DNA of 34,321 nt from a virus (IMGVR_UViG_3300020426_000284:1-34321), one strand, 5' to 3'; positions 1 to 8,164 are shown, counted from the stretch's first letter. The notes: a model not told the origin generated them from the letters alone. Numbers and translations: made by a program.

Positions 1-292
1 ACTGCGTCTTGGCACCGATGGCCTCCACATCGCGCCCAATGTCGAGTGGATGCCCGACGGGCCCTTCGCCGATTACGACAACAGCCTGCAGGTCGATGGC
101 TATGCGCTGGTCGGTATCACCGCCGGTGCCACGCTGACCGACGGGATCGACCTGTTCGTGGATGCCCGCAACCTCTTCGACAAGAAGGCGGTGGGCGACA
201 TCAGCGCCGCGATCACCGCCACGCCCACCTCGGCGATCTTCTACCCGGTTGAGCGTCGCGCCGTCTTCGGCGGCGTGCGCGCGCGCTTCTAA
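1..292 (+). CDS. TonB-dependent outer-membrane receptor, C-terminal fragment (5' truncated by window)
   Basis: Ends ...LFVDARNLFDKK...YPVERRAVFGGVRARF: NLFD motif and terminal Phe of TBDR beta-barrels; followed by a PepSY-TM gene. Confidence 0.85.
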   Translation, partial: LRLGTDGLHIAPNVEWMPDGPFADYDNSLQVDGYALVGITAGATLTDGIDLFVDARNLFDKKAVGDISAAITATPTSAIFYPVERRAVFGGVRARF

Positions 293-299
293 GGGAGGG

Positions 300-1622
300 A
301 TGACGATGGCCGATACCGCGACCTATCGCACGATCTGGCGCTGGCATTTCTACGCCGGATTGTTCGTGCTCCCCTTCGTCCTGCTGCTGTCGGTCAGCGG
401 GTCGATCTATCTGTTCAAGCCGCAGATCGACCGGTGGGAGGAACGCGATTATCGCGGCCTCTCGCTGGAGGGCGCGGTGTCGGCCGACCGGCAGCTGGAG
501 GCGGCGGAAGCGGCGTTTCCCGATGGCTCGTTCAACCATTACCGCCTGCCCGAAGAACCGGGCGATGCCGCGATGGTGCAGATGGGGCTGCCGGACGGAT
601 CGCTGAGCGAAGTGTTCGTCTCGCCGCAGGGGCAGGTGCTCGGCACGCTCGACCCGGCGGAGCGGATTTCCAACGCGGTCTCGCGCTTCCACGGCTCGCT
701 GATGATGGGCGACTGGGGCGACCGGCTGGTCGAACTGGCCGCGAGCTGGACGATCGTGATGATCCTGACCGGCCTCTACCTGTGGTGGCCGAGGCCCTTT
801 CGCGCTGCCGGAACGCTGTGGCCGCGGCTTTCGCTGAAAGGCCGCCCACTGATGAAGGACCTGCACCGGGTCACCGGCTTCTGGCTGGCAGGCTTCGTGC
901 TGGTGATGCTGGCAAGCGGCCTCCCCTGGGCGGGCACATGGGGCAGTGCGTTCAAATGGGCGCGCGGCGAGCTCGGCCTCGTCGAAGGCGTGCAGGAGTG
1001 GAAAATCGGCGCTGAGAAGGCTGCCGTCGCCGCGCCGGTGGCGCACGATCACGGCACTGCAAGCCACAGTCCGCAGATGAGGGCCGATATGCCGGAGCAA
1101 TCGCTGCCGCTCGCCGCCTCCGTGCAGCGGGCGGAGGCGGAGGATATGGCCTTCCCGGTCCTGGTCCTGCCGCCCCACGCCCCGCAACGCTTCGGGCCGC
1201 CGACCGGCAATGTGTGGACGGTGAAGTCGGAGGCGCAGAACCGCCCGCTTGTCCGCTCTGTAACCTACGACCCGCAATCTGGCACGGAGCTTTCACGCAA
1301 CGGCTTTGCAGACAAGCACCCGATCGACCGGGCGATCAATATCGGCATCGCGTGGCACGAAGGCGCGCTGTTCGGCCTCACCAACCAGATCATGGGACTG
1401 GTCATCGCACTGGCCCTGATCGCACTGTCCGTGCTCGGCGTGCTCATGTGGTTGAAGCGCAGGCCGAAGGGGAAGCTGGCAGCCCCGCCACCCGGGGGCC
1501 GCCTGCCGCGCGGTTTGATCGCGGGGATTGTCGTGCTGGCGCTGCTCCTGCCGCTGTTCGGCGTTTCGCTGGTGGCGATCCTGCTGTTCGACAAGGCACG
1601 GGGAGCCTTCGCCCGTCGGTAA
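300..1622 (+). CDS. PepSY-associated TM helix domain protein (iron-regulated membrane protein family)
   Basis: WRWHFYAGL, RFHGSL, TGLYLWWPR, DLHRVTG and AWHEG motifs; RBS AGGGAGG before ATG 300. Confidence 0.92.
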   Translation: MTMADTATYRTIWRWHFYAGLFVLPFVLLLSVSGSIYLFKPQIDRWEERDYRGLSLEGAVSADRQLEAAEAAFPDGSFNHYRLPEEPGDAAMVQMGLPDGSLSEVFVSPQGQVLGTLDPAERISNAVSRFHGSLMMGDWGDRLVELAASWTIVMILTGLYLWWPRPFRAAGTLWPRLSLKGRPLMKDLHRVTGFWLAGFVLVMLASGLPWAGTWGSAFKWARGELGLVEGVQEWKIGAEKAAVAAPVAHDHGTASHSPQMRADMPEQSLPLAASVQRAEAEDMAFPVLVLPPHAPQRFGPPTGNVWTVKSEAQNRPLVRSVTYDPQSGTELSRNGFADKHPIDRAINIGIAWHEGALFGLTNQIMGLVIALALIALSVLGVLMWLKRRPKGKLAAPPPGGRLPRGLIAGIVVLALLLPLFGVSLVAILLFDKARGAFARR

Positions 1623-1664
1623 CGCCGGGGAGAGGTCAACTATCTGTCATGAGGATCGAAAAGC

Positions 1665-1738
1665 TGGATGCCCCGTGAGGATTCGAACCTCAATTGACGG
1701 AGTCAGAGTCCGTAGTCTTACCATTAGACGACGGGGCA
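1665..1738 (-). tRNA. tRNA-Gln(CTG)
   Basis: Reverse complement TGCCCCGTCGTCTAATGGTAAGACTACGGACTCTGACTCCGTCAATTGAGGTTCGAATCCTCACGGGGCATCCA folds as a cloverleaf; anticodon CTG, GTTCGAATC T-loop, encoded CCA. Confidence 0.97.
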
Positions 1739-1749
1739 TTGAGCGGGGG

Positions 1750-1778
1750 CCTGTAGGCGGCAGAATTCTGCGGGTCAA
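1750..1778 (-). promoter_or_regulatory. Putative sigma70 promoter of tRNA-Gln
   Basis: Minus strand TTGACC-N17-TACAGG, 12 nt upstream of the tRNA 5' end. Confidence 0.6.
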
Positions 1779-1794
1779 CCCCTTTGACGACCGA

Positions 1795-1831
1795 GCGATG
1801 CAACACCGGTTTTGTTGCATATGCAACAAAA
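1795..1831. repeat. Inverted-repeat cluster at prophage left end (candidate att site)
   Basis: ATGCAACA-CCGGTTT-TGTTGCAT (1798-1820, 7-bp spacer) overlaps the perfect 22-bp palindrome TTTTGTTGCATATGCAACAAAA (1810-1831). Confidence 0.55.
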
Positions 1832-1839
1832 GCTGACGC

Positions 1840-2010
1840 TCAGTTGGTTTTGATCGGCACGATACGCCTTACCCAGTCGATTTGCCTCGGCCAAAGCCAT
1901 TGGGGGATCACGGGCTCGCGCAGCCGCACGGGGCCATCATAATATGCCTCGCCCAGCTCAATGGCGTGCTCACGGCTCACCTTGTCTATCAGAGCGCTGT
2001 ATCTTCTCAC
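1840..2010 (-). CDS. Small hypothetical protein (56 aa) coupled to the integrase
   Basis: GTG start overlaps the integrase TGA (GTGA). Confidence 0.5.
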   Translation of the reverse strand: MRRYSALIDKVSREHAIELGEAYYDGPVRLREPVIPQWLWPRQIDWVRRIVPIKTN

Positions 2011-3251
2011 CCTGCCTTCTCCTTCATCTGGCGGTTGTAGTGCCGCAGGGCCTGTGCGACCGCTGCGCAGGCGGCGGCGGTGTCGCCGGGCATGTAGGTG
2101 TCGAGGATCGACTTCTTGGCCAAAATGGTGTGGCCCGACAGGCTGGTGATCCATTCCTTCTTCGCCCCGGCATCGCGCATATAGACCTGGCCGGATCTTC
2201 GCAGGTCGCGAAACTGCCCGCGTGCGAGCTCTTCGGCGAGGATCAGCCTGCCAGCTTCGCGGGCATCGGCAGCGCAGGCATCGCGCAGGGCGCGCCAGTG
2301 CCGTTGCAGCCGCCAGTCGGGCAGCGCCTTTGCGCCGTTCTGTTCGTCATCGTCGCGCAGCAGGGTCTGAACCTCTGCATCGGTGTGCAGCCAAGCCGCC
2401 TCGATCGTGTCGTGCAGGAACGGCGGCACGGGCGCGTCGACCCATGCGCCGGTCTTTTCCTGTTGCAGGCGGAAGCCCATCACGTTGCCGCCCTTCCCGG
2501 CCAGCAACGCCGCATCGCGCCGTTCGACATTGTCGATCTTGCGCCATGCCATCCGGTTGAAGCTGCCGAGCAGGTCGCCCTGCCGCTGGACGGTCCAGAA
2601 GCCGAGCTGGATGGCCAGCGCGACGTTGGGCAGCCCCTCGGCCTCGGCACGGGCGGCGAGTGCCTGCACGGCCTCCAGCGAAAGGACATGGCGGCGGGAC
2701 CGAGGCTCGCGGATATTGGCATCGCGCGCGGGATTGCTCTTCTTGGGAATGATCCCCTCGCGCTCCGCAAAGGACAACAGCAGGCGCAGCACGCGCATGA
2801 TGGCGCTGGTGCGATGATCGCTCGACCCGCCTTCCTCCAGCGCGCGCTTCAAATCCTGCACCATCGTCGCGTCGATCTGGCGCACGATCAGTTCGCCATC
2901 GAGCGCCCATGTCGTCAGCCAGCGAATGCGGCTGTCGTATTCCTTCTGCGTCGAAGGCTTGAGGTCGCGATAGTCGCGCGACTTGCGGTAGCGGGCGATC
3001 AGGCCATCCCATCGGACAAGGCGCGGCCCATCGCCTGCGGGGCTGGTGGCCGGTGCCTTGCCCTGTCGCCACGCGGCGATGCGGGCGTTGATGTCCAGTG
3101 CCTGCCGGCAGGCATCGGCATGATCGGTGCCGAGCGAGACGTGCGGCCAGCCTGCCTCTTTCAGCGCCTTGCTGGGCTTCCAGTCGTAGGCGGTGCTGCC
3201 ATCGGCCAGGGTGCGGCTGTGCAGGAAGGGTATCTGGCGTTTCTTGGGCAT
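2007..3251 (-). CDS. int: Tyrosine recombinase / phage integrase
   Basis: Catalytic motifs QRQGDLL (R), QQEKTG (K), FRDLRRS, LSGH, LDTY (Y); core-binding region LKPSTQKEY; start at MPKKR. Confidence 0.93.
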   Translation of the reverse strand: MPKKRQIPFLHSRTLADGSTAYDWKPSKALKEAGWPHVSLGTDHADACRQALDINARIAAWRQGKAPATSPAGDGPRLVRWDGLIARYRKSRDYRDLKPSTQKEYDSRIRWLTTWALDGELIVRQIDATMVQDLKRALEEGGSSDHRTSAIMRVLRLLLSFAEREGIIPKKSNPARDANIREPRSRRHVLSLEAVQALAARAEAEGLPNVALAIQLGFWTVQRQGDLLGSFNRMAWRKIDNVERRDAALLAGKGGNVMGFRLQQEKTGAWVDAPVPPFLHDTIEAAWLHTDAEVQTLLRDDDEQNGAKALPDWRLQRHWRALRDACAADAREAGRLILAEELARGQFRDLRRSGQVYMRDAGAKKEWITSLSGHTILAKKSILDTYMPGDTAAACAAVAQALRHYNRQMKEKAG

Positions 3252-3255
3252 GGCG

Positions 3256-3657
3256 TCAGCTTTCCGTCCGCTTCGACTGCCGGGCAACGCGGCCTCTCGT
3301 CCGGTCGCCATTGGCGAAGTCGATCGCGTCTTCGAGCCCGTCTGCGATCTTGCCGAATGCCCCATCGCCACGCGCGGCGCGCTGCCGGTCGCGTGCGGTG
3401 GCGTGCGAATCGGCCAGGGTGGCGAAAGCGGCAGCGACGCTATCGAACATGCCGGGTTCTACGCGCTCGCTTTCGTGCGTGGCGATGTCGCGGCACAGGC
3501 CGGGCGGCATCATCTGCGCGGCGGACAAGAAACGTTCGACCTGTCGCGGCGCGATGTCGTAGCGGTCGACGAAGATCTGCGGATCGCCGTGGCGATCGAG
3601 CCAGAGGCGCATTGCATCGCGCTGCGCTGCGGGATCGGGGGGAAGATTGCGGGCCAT
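3256..3657 (-). CDS. Hypothetical phage protein; C-terminal helix resembles HigA-type antitoxin N-terminus
   Basis: RBS AGGAG upstream; C-terminus AFGKIADGLEDAIDFANGDRTRGRV. Confidence 0.65.
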   Translation of the reverse strand: MARNLPPDPAAQRDAMRLWLDRHGDPQIFVDRYDIAPRQVERFLSAAQMMPPGLCRDIATHESERVEPGMFDSVAAAFATLADSHATARDRQRAARGDGAFGKIADGLEDAIDFANGDRTRGRVARQSKRTES

Positions 3658-3732
3658 CGGGTCGGTCTCCTGTTACCGTGGAAGAAGGGTGCGGCGCAGG
3701 CCGGGGGAACCTGCGCCGCTGGGGGAAGGTGG

Positions 3733-3909
3733 TCAAGCGCGCTTCTGCGCACGCTGTTCTTCATGTTCGAAGGCGTCTTGCCATGCGTCGTAGAACATGG
3801 TGCCGCGCCCCCATTCGCAGGAATCGCGCTTCTCTCCGTTGCGCGCTGCCTCGCGTCCGTCGTTGGCCGCGAGTTCGCAGATTTCGTCGAAGTGTTTGGC
3901 GGGGATCAT
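3733..3909 (-). CDS. Rmf/CrpP-fold-like small protein
   Basis: Pattern A..DGREAARNGEKRDSCEW...YDAWQDAF parallels Rmf G..AG..G.....CPY...W..GW; ATGA coupling with upstream gene. Confidence 0.55.
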   Translation of the reverse strand: MIPAKHFDEICELAANDGREAARNGEKRDSCEWGRGTMFYDAWQDAFEHEEQRAQKRA

Positions 3910-4124
3910 GCGCAGCATCCCGCGAAATACGCGGCTGCCGCGCTACAGACGGTCCACAGGCCAACGAGCGCGAGGCTGACGATGACGAGTGCGAGCGCGA
4001 CCACCACCGCAGTATCGCCCATGTGCCATTCGCTGTCGGGGTCGTCGTCGTCCATGAAGGCGAGCTGCAGTTCTTCGGCAGGGGAGAGCTGGGCGGGTTG
4101 CCGTATGTGGTCGTGCAGGTTCAT
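3906..4124 (-). CDS. Small membrane protein
   Basis: ATGA overlap with DUF5131 stop, RBS AAGGAG; hydrophobic stretch AVVVALALVIVSLALVGLW. Confidence 0.65.
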   Translation of the reverse strand: MNLHDHIRQPAQLSPAEELQLAFMDDDDPDSEWHMGDTAVVVALALVIVSLALVGLWTVCSAAAAYFAGCCA

Positions 4125-5293
4125 GTGTTGCTCCTTCCGGCTGTCATGGGTGTCGCAGGAAACCCGTCGTGCTGGACACCATCGAGCAGGCGACCGGCGC
4201 GCTTCTTGCCGACGCGAACCGACATTGATGGCTCGTGCCAGAGGCCCGGCTTCTCGCCCTTGTCCATCGCGTTGAACGTGCCATCGCCCAGCGTTTGCCC
4301 CATCGGGTGCCACTCGCCCCACTGCTTGAACAGGAAGGGCACGCTTGCCGCCTCGCATTGGTCGCGCAGGGAACGCGCCCAGTCGGGATGCATGGGTCGC
4401 GCCTTGGGGCCGCTCTCGCCGCCGACAATGACCCAATCCAGCTTTCGGTTCTCGCAGATTTCTTTGGACGACGAGCATACGCGCCGCCCAATGCTGCGGC
4501 CTACATGGCCGGGCCGAGCCGCAGTGATGACTGCGCCGCGTTCATCTTCGATCCAGTTGCACCCCAGCAGCGCATCAATCACGCCATCCTTGTCTTCGTC
4601 GGGTTCGGCGATCCAACGTAAATCGACCGGCCCGAGCAGCGGCTCGCAGGAGAGGAAGCGCACGGCGGCGGGGGTGGCGAGCAGATCGGGAATGCGCTCG
4701 TCGGCGCGCTGCTGATCCTCGACGGACACGCCGAGCCATACATTCGGCAGGGGCTTGCCCTCGCCAAGCGTCTCGGAAACTGTCTCGATTGCACTCTCCA
4801 AGCGGGCGGTTTGCGCATGCCAAGCCGCCGAGCCGTTCGGATCGTCATCGCATTGCACCCTGTATTCCGCCGCCGAGTACTCGGGTGTTTCCTGCAATGC
4901 GAAGTCGTCGAGTTGGGCGAGGTATTCCCGCATCCGCGCGCTGCGCTTGGTCAGCACCTGGAACTGGTGCTGGGCGCAGAGCGCCATCACCGCGAACACG
5001 CGGTCGATCCATTCGTCGGGCACGCTTTCGTGGAACAGGTCGCCGTGCGCGCAGACGAATATCCGGCGCGGCTTCCTCCAGCGCAGGGGCTGTTCCAGCA
5101 CCTTCTCGTTGAAACGGACCTCGCCAGTCCATACCATGCCGCCAGCGGTCTTTTCGGTCAGGCCTCGGCGCGCCTCTACCCGGTGCGCCTGCTTCATCGC
5201 GTAGCAGTGCTTGCAGCCGGGCGAGGTGACCGAGCAGCCGTTGACGACGTTCCAGGTGGCGTCGGTCCATTCTATGTTGGTCCCATCAGCCAT
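4121..5293 (-). CDS. Phage Gp37/Gp68 family protein (DUF5131)
   Basis: TNIEWTDATWN, GCSVTSPGCKHCYA, FQVLTKR, NVWLGVSVEDQ, RFLSCEPLLGP, WVIVGGESG and FKQWG motifs. Confidence 0.95.
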   Translation of the reverse strand: MADGTNIEWTDATWNVVNGCSVTSPGCKHCYAMKQAHRVEARRGLTEKTAGGMVWTGEVRFNEKVLEQPLRWRKPRRIFVCAHGDLFHESVPDEWIDRVFAVMALCAQHQFQVLTKRSARMREYLAQLDDFALQETPEYSAAEYRVQCDDDPNGSAAWHAQTARLESAIETVSETLGEGKPLPNVWLGVSVEDQQRADERIPDLLATPAAVRFLSCEPLLGPVDLRWIAEPDEDKDGVIDALLGCNWIEDERGAVITAARPGHVGRSIGRRVCSSSKEICENRKLDWVIVGGESGPKARPMHPDWARSLRDQCEAASVPFLFKQWGEWHPMGQTLGDGTFNAMDKGEKPGLWHEPSMSVRVGKKRAGRLLDGVQHDGFPATPMTAGRSNT

Positions 5294-6345
5294 CACGCGC
5301 CCTCTGCCGGTGTGCGCGCATCATCGGCGGCAACCGTGGGCCAGCCATGGTGCCACATGAAAGCCGCGAAGGCTGCGACGTCGCGAGGATCGCCTTTCGC
5401 AAGATGTTCGACCAGCGATCGTTGGCACCGCTCCTGCCAGTCATCCTTGGTCCATTCGTCGGTCCAGCCATACTTGCGTTCGGACGCAGCCAGCTTTTCT
5501 TTGAGAGCCGCGGCGAACCGATCAACGAGGTCAGCTGTTGCCGGATGAAGCGCATCATCGGCGGGCTTTCCTGCGAGCCATTCAGCTGCATCGCATTCGA
5601 GATCGACCAGCGCCGCTTCTCGCGCCTCGACACTTTCGCACTTGCCAAGGCCCACAATCCGCTGGATCAGCCCCCGCGCCTCATCGGCGGGGGTGGGGTG
5701 GGATAGGGCGCGTTCGAGCGCAGTTGTCGCTGCGTCGAAGCCTAGGTCGTCCCATACGTTCGAGCGATTGAGTTCGCAAAGGATCAGCAGGTGGTCGCCC
5801 CACATGAATTCGCGGTGTTGGGTCAGTGTGCGGCCATCTGGCCAATCGAATACGCTCAAGCTGATTTCGTCACCCTCTTCTTCGGAACACCGCCGCAGAG
5901 CGCGCAACGAATGATCCGGGCTGCGCGCTTCGTCGGCGTGGGTGGGGTGGGATAGGGGATTGCACTTCGGGCAAGGCGCGCCAGCCCCGCCACACGTGCA
6001 GGCGTCAGAACGTTTTGACGCTCCGCTCCACGGTCTATCGGTATGGTCTTCACAGACCCATTCGCAGCCGCCACAGGTTCCGCATTCGCAAGCCGGTTGC
6101 GCTTCGGTGGTGCGGAGGGCTTCTAACGGGTTCGTGCATCCGTGGGGCACGAACACACTCCGGACGTGGTAGAGAACGCCTTCGCTATTCTCTCTGGTGA
6201 GATCGCGGCCGTGCTTATCGGCCTTAGACCAGATCGCTTTGTCTTCCCTCTCATAGCAGCGAACGAATTGGCCGCTGTCGAAACGAATTTCCATAGCTGC
6301 GGCTTTCGCCTCATCCGCCAGCGAGGATGTGGGTTCATCAGCCAT
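5293..6345 (-). CDS. Mosaic multi-module phage early protein (Cys-rich Zn module; C-terminal module ending KGDPRDVAAFAAFMWHH)
   Basis: Translationally coupled at both ends; CxCxxCxxCxWVCEDH...CxC...CPKC module; repeated ADEA/ADDA linkers. Confidence 0.75.
   Translation of the reverse strand: MADEPTSSLADEAKAAAMEIRFDSGQFVRCYEREDKAIWSKADKHGRDLTRENSEGVLYHVRSVFVPHGCTNPLEALRTTEAQPACECGTCGGCEWVCEDHTDRPWSGASKRSDACTCGGAGAPCPKCNPLSHPTHADEARSPDHSLRALRRCSEEEGDEISLSVFDWPDGRTLTQHREFMWGDHLLILCELNRSNVWDDLGFDAATTALERALSHPTPADEARGLIQRIVGLGKCESVEAREAALVDLECDAAEWLAGKPADDALHPATADLVDRFAAALKEKLAASERKYGWTDEWTKDDWQERCQRSLVEHLAKGDPRDVAAFAAFMWHHGWPTVAADDARTPAEGA
5675..5957. repeat. 34-bp direct repeat pair (5675-5708, 5924-5957; 31/34 identical) encoding LSHPT[HP]ADEAR
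   Basis: CGCGCCTCATCGGCGGGGGTGGGGTGGGATAGGG vs CGCGCTTCGTCGGCGTGGGTGGGGTGGGATAGGG. Confidence 0.85.
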
Positions 6346-6581
6346 CACGCAATCCCCAGGGCGGCTTTGTAGGTGTCGAGGATGATTTCGCGCTCGTTGC
6401 GATCATCCGGCTTCATGGCGCGCAGGCGCACCACTTCGCGCATGATCTTGGGATCGTAGCCAACGGCCTTGGCCTCGGCGTAAACGTCGCGGATATCGTC
6501 GGAGATACCCTTCTTCTCTTCTTCGAGGCGTTCGATGCGCTCTATCAGCAGGCGCAGGCGATCATCGGTGGCTTCGGCCAT
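6345..6581 (-). CDS. gapR: GapR-like nucleoid-associated protein (DUF2312)
   Basis: [54 protein letters not shown] is the DUF2312 signature. Confidence 0.93.
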   Translation of the reverse strand: MAEATDDRLRLLIERIERLEEEKKGISDDIRDVYAEAKAVGYDPKIMREVVRLRAMKPDDRNEREIILDTYKAALGIA

Positions 6582-6582
6582 A

Positions 6583-6714
6583 TCAGCGGATCCTTTCGGT
6601 GGGTGGGACGATGAACAGCGACAGCAGCGCGGCCGCATATTCGCTGGTTTGAATGAGGCGCACGCCGAGGCGTTTGCCGCGCCGGGTGATGTGCTGGTCT
6701 GTGGCGCGGATCAT
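6583..6714 (-). CDS. Small hypothetical protein (43 aa)
   Basis: ATGA overlap with upstream stop; ends 2 nt before gapR start. Confidence 0.5.
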   Translation of the reverse strand: MIRATDQHITRRGKRLGVRLIQTSEYAAALLSLFIVPPTERIR

Positions 6715-7100
6715 GGCTGGCCGCACAGGTCTGCGGGGATCAGCACCGCGCTGGTCGGCTTCCCGCCGATCCAGATGCACGCGCGGCGGGCACCGGGGAG
6801 GGTCATCAGCGCGACTTCGTGCGATTCCGCCCACTGGCTCCACAGGAACACATCATCGGCGGGCAGATCGCGGGCGACGGCCAGTGCGCGTTCGTTCGCG
6901 CAGTAGCGCAGGCCGAGCATGGCGAGCAGGCGAACCGAGCGGCCATCATCCGTCGCGGCGGCGAGCCTGATGTGTTCGGCAATGGTGATGCCGGTGAGGA
7001 CGTGGCGCAGCAGGTGATCGAGCGCGGCCTTGCCATCGCTGCCGAGCGTAGCGGCGCTGTCTGCCTGCGCGCCTGCGGTGCGTTCCTGCGCGGCGATCAT
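6711..7100 (-). CDS. Stand-alone paralog of the phage helicase C-terminal domain (copy 2)
   Basis: ALDHLL..TIAEHIRL..SVRLLAMLGLR..LAVA..DVFL..W..GARR..AVLIP; paralog of 7097-7660; ATGA coupling. Confidence 0.8.
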   Translation of the reverse strand: MIAAQERTAGAQADSAATLGSDGKAALDHLLRHVLTGITIAEHIRLAAATDDGRSVRLLAMLGLRYCANERALAVARDLPADDVFLWSQWAESHEVALMTLPGARRACIWIGGKPTSAVLIPADLCGQP

Positions 7101-7660
7101 GGCGCGATCCACAGGGCGAGAGCGATGGCGATCGTGCCAAGTACGGCGGAGGCGATGACAAGGCGGTGCAAGTCGCGGCGGCGCTGCTGCGCCTGATAGC
7201 GCTGGCGTGCGTCCTCGACCTGAACGGTGGATTTCTGCCTCATTGGCGCAGTTCCCTTTCGATCTAGCGGATATTGCGGGCGAGCACTTCGGCGTGGTGC
7301 CCGCAGCGCTGCCATCGGCACCAGCACAGCGTTTTGGGGAATGGGAATGCCGCTGATGCGGATTTTCTGACGGCGGGCACCTGTGATCCTGAGCAGCACC
7401 TGCGCGTGGCATTGGTGCCATTCAGTCCCCAGGAACACTTCATCGGCGGGAAGCCGGCAGGCGACCGCCAGCATTTCCTCCTGCGGGCACCAGCGTAGGC
7501 CCAGCATGGCCAGCAGGCGGACGGATTCGCCGTTATCGGTGGCGGCTAGGCGGATGTGATCGACGATCGTCGCGCCTTCCAGTGGCTGCGACAGCAGGTG
7601 ATCGAGCGCCAAGTGTTCTTCGCCGCGCGGGGTGGCGGTGAGCGTATCCGGCGCACTCAT
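7097..7660 (-). CDS. Stand-alone paralog of the phage helicase C-terminal domain (copy 1) with a C-terminal TM extension
   Basis: Same motif series as 6711-7100; internal RBS plus ATG at 7243 could yield a separate 48-aa TM peptide. Confidence 0.8.
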   Translation of the reverse strand: MSAPDTLTATPRGEEHLALDHLLSQPLEGATIVDHIRLAATDNGESVRLLAMLGLRWCPQEEMLAVACRLPADEVFLGTEWHQCHAQVLLRITGARRQKIRISGIPIPQNAVLVPMAALRAPRRSARPQYPLDRKGTAPMRQKSTVQVEDARQRYQAQQRRRDLHRLVIASAVLGTIAIALALWIAP

Positions 7661-8013
7661 TGCGGGTCGGCCTGATCGAGCTGCCCGCTTAGCTCTTGGG
7701 CGAGGCGCGCGGCCTCGCGGGCACGCTCAACCTCTTCCTCCCGCTCGATCCCGGCGTAAGCGAGCGCGCCGATGCGGGCGAACGCCTGCTTGCGTTTCTC
7801 GCCCGTGGATTTGAGCGCGTCGAACACGTTGCCGGAAATGAGCCCGGTAATTTCGACCAGATCGACATTGGCGTCGTGGACGGGCGTGTAGCCCATGGCC
7901 TTCTGCTTATCGCGAACGGCGACGATCCGGCCCAAGGCCCCGAGCGGGCGCTGCGGCGTGATCACGATCCGGTCGCGCGGGTCGACGTGTTCGAAGCGGA
8001 ATTGATCACCCAT
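7657..8013 (-). CDS. Conserved phage early protein (GYTPxHD...IGALAYAGIER type)
   Basis: Resembles the common phage ERxRQ..GWTPEHDD..AALIxAEIER helical family; RBS AGGAG. Confidence 0.7.
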   Translation of the reverse strand: MGDQFRFEHVDPRDRIVITPQRPLGALGRIVAVRDKQKAMGYTPVHDANVDLVEITGLISGNVFDALKSTGEKRKQAFARIGALAYAGIEREEEVERAREAARLAQELSGQLDQADPQ

Positions 8014-8164
8014 GACCGATGCTCCTGAGAAAGACGGTTGTTAGGTTGGCGATGGCGCTGGCGCCGAGCACGGCGAAGGCGGCGCGCGTGGCGATGTGCG
8101 ATGCCCGCTGCGCGGTGGGGGTGTGGCGATCGAGCCAGGCCTGCAGGTGGGCGATGCGGGTCAT
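8006..8164 (-). CDS. Small hypothetical (possibly membrane) protein
   Basis: ATGA overlap with upstream stop; hydrophobic C-terminal half. Confidence 0.55.
   Translation of the reverse strand: MTRIAHLQAWLDRHTPTAQRASHIATRAAFAVLGASAIANLTTVFLRSIGHG

Noticed and set aside
1944-4715. 923-aa plus-strand ORF
   Set aside because: Shadow frame antisense to the integrase and early genes in GC-rich DNA; no motifs or RBS
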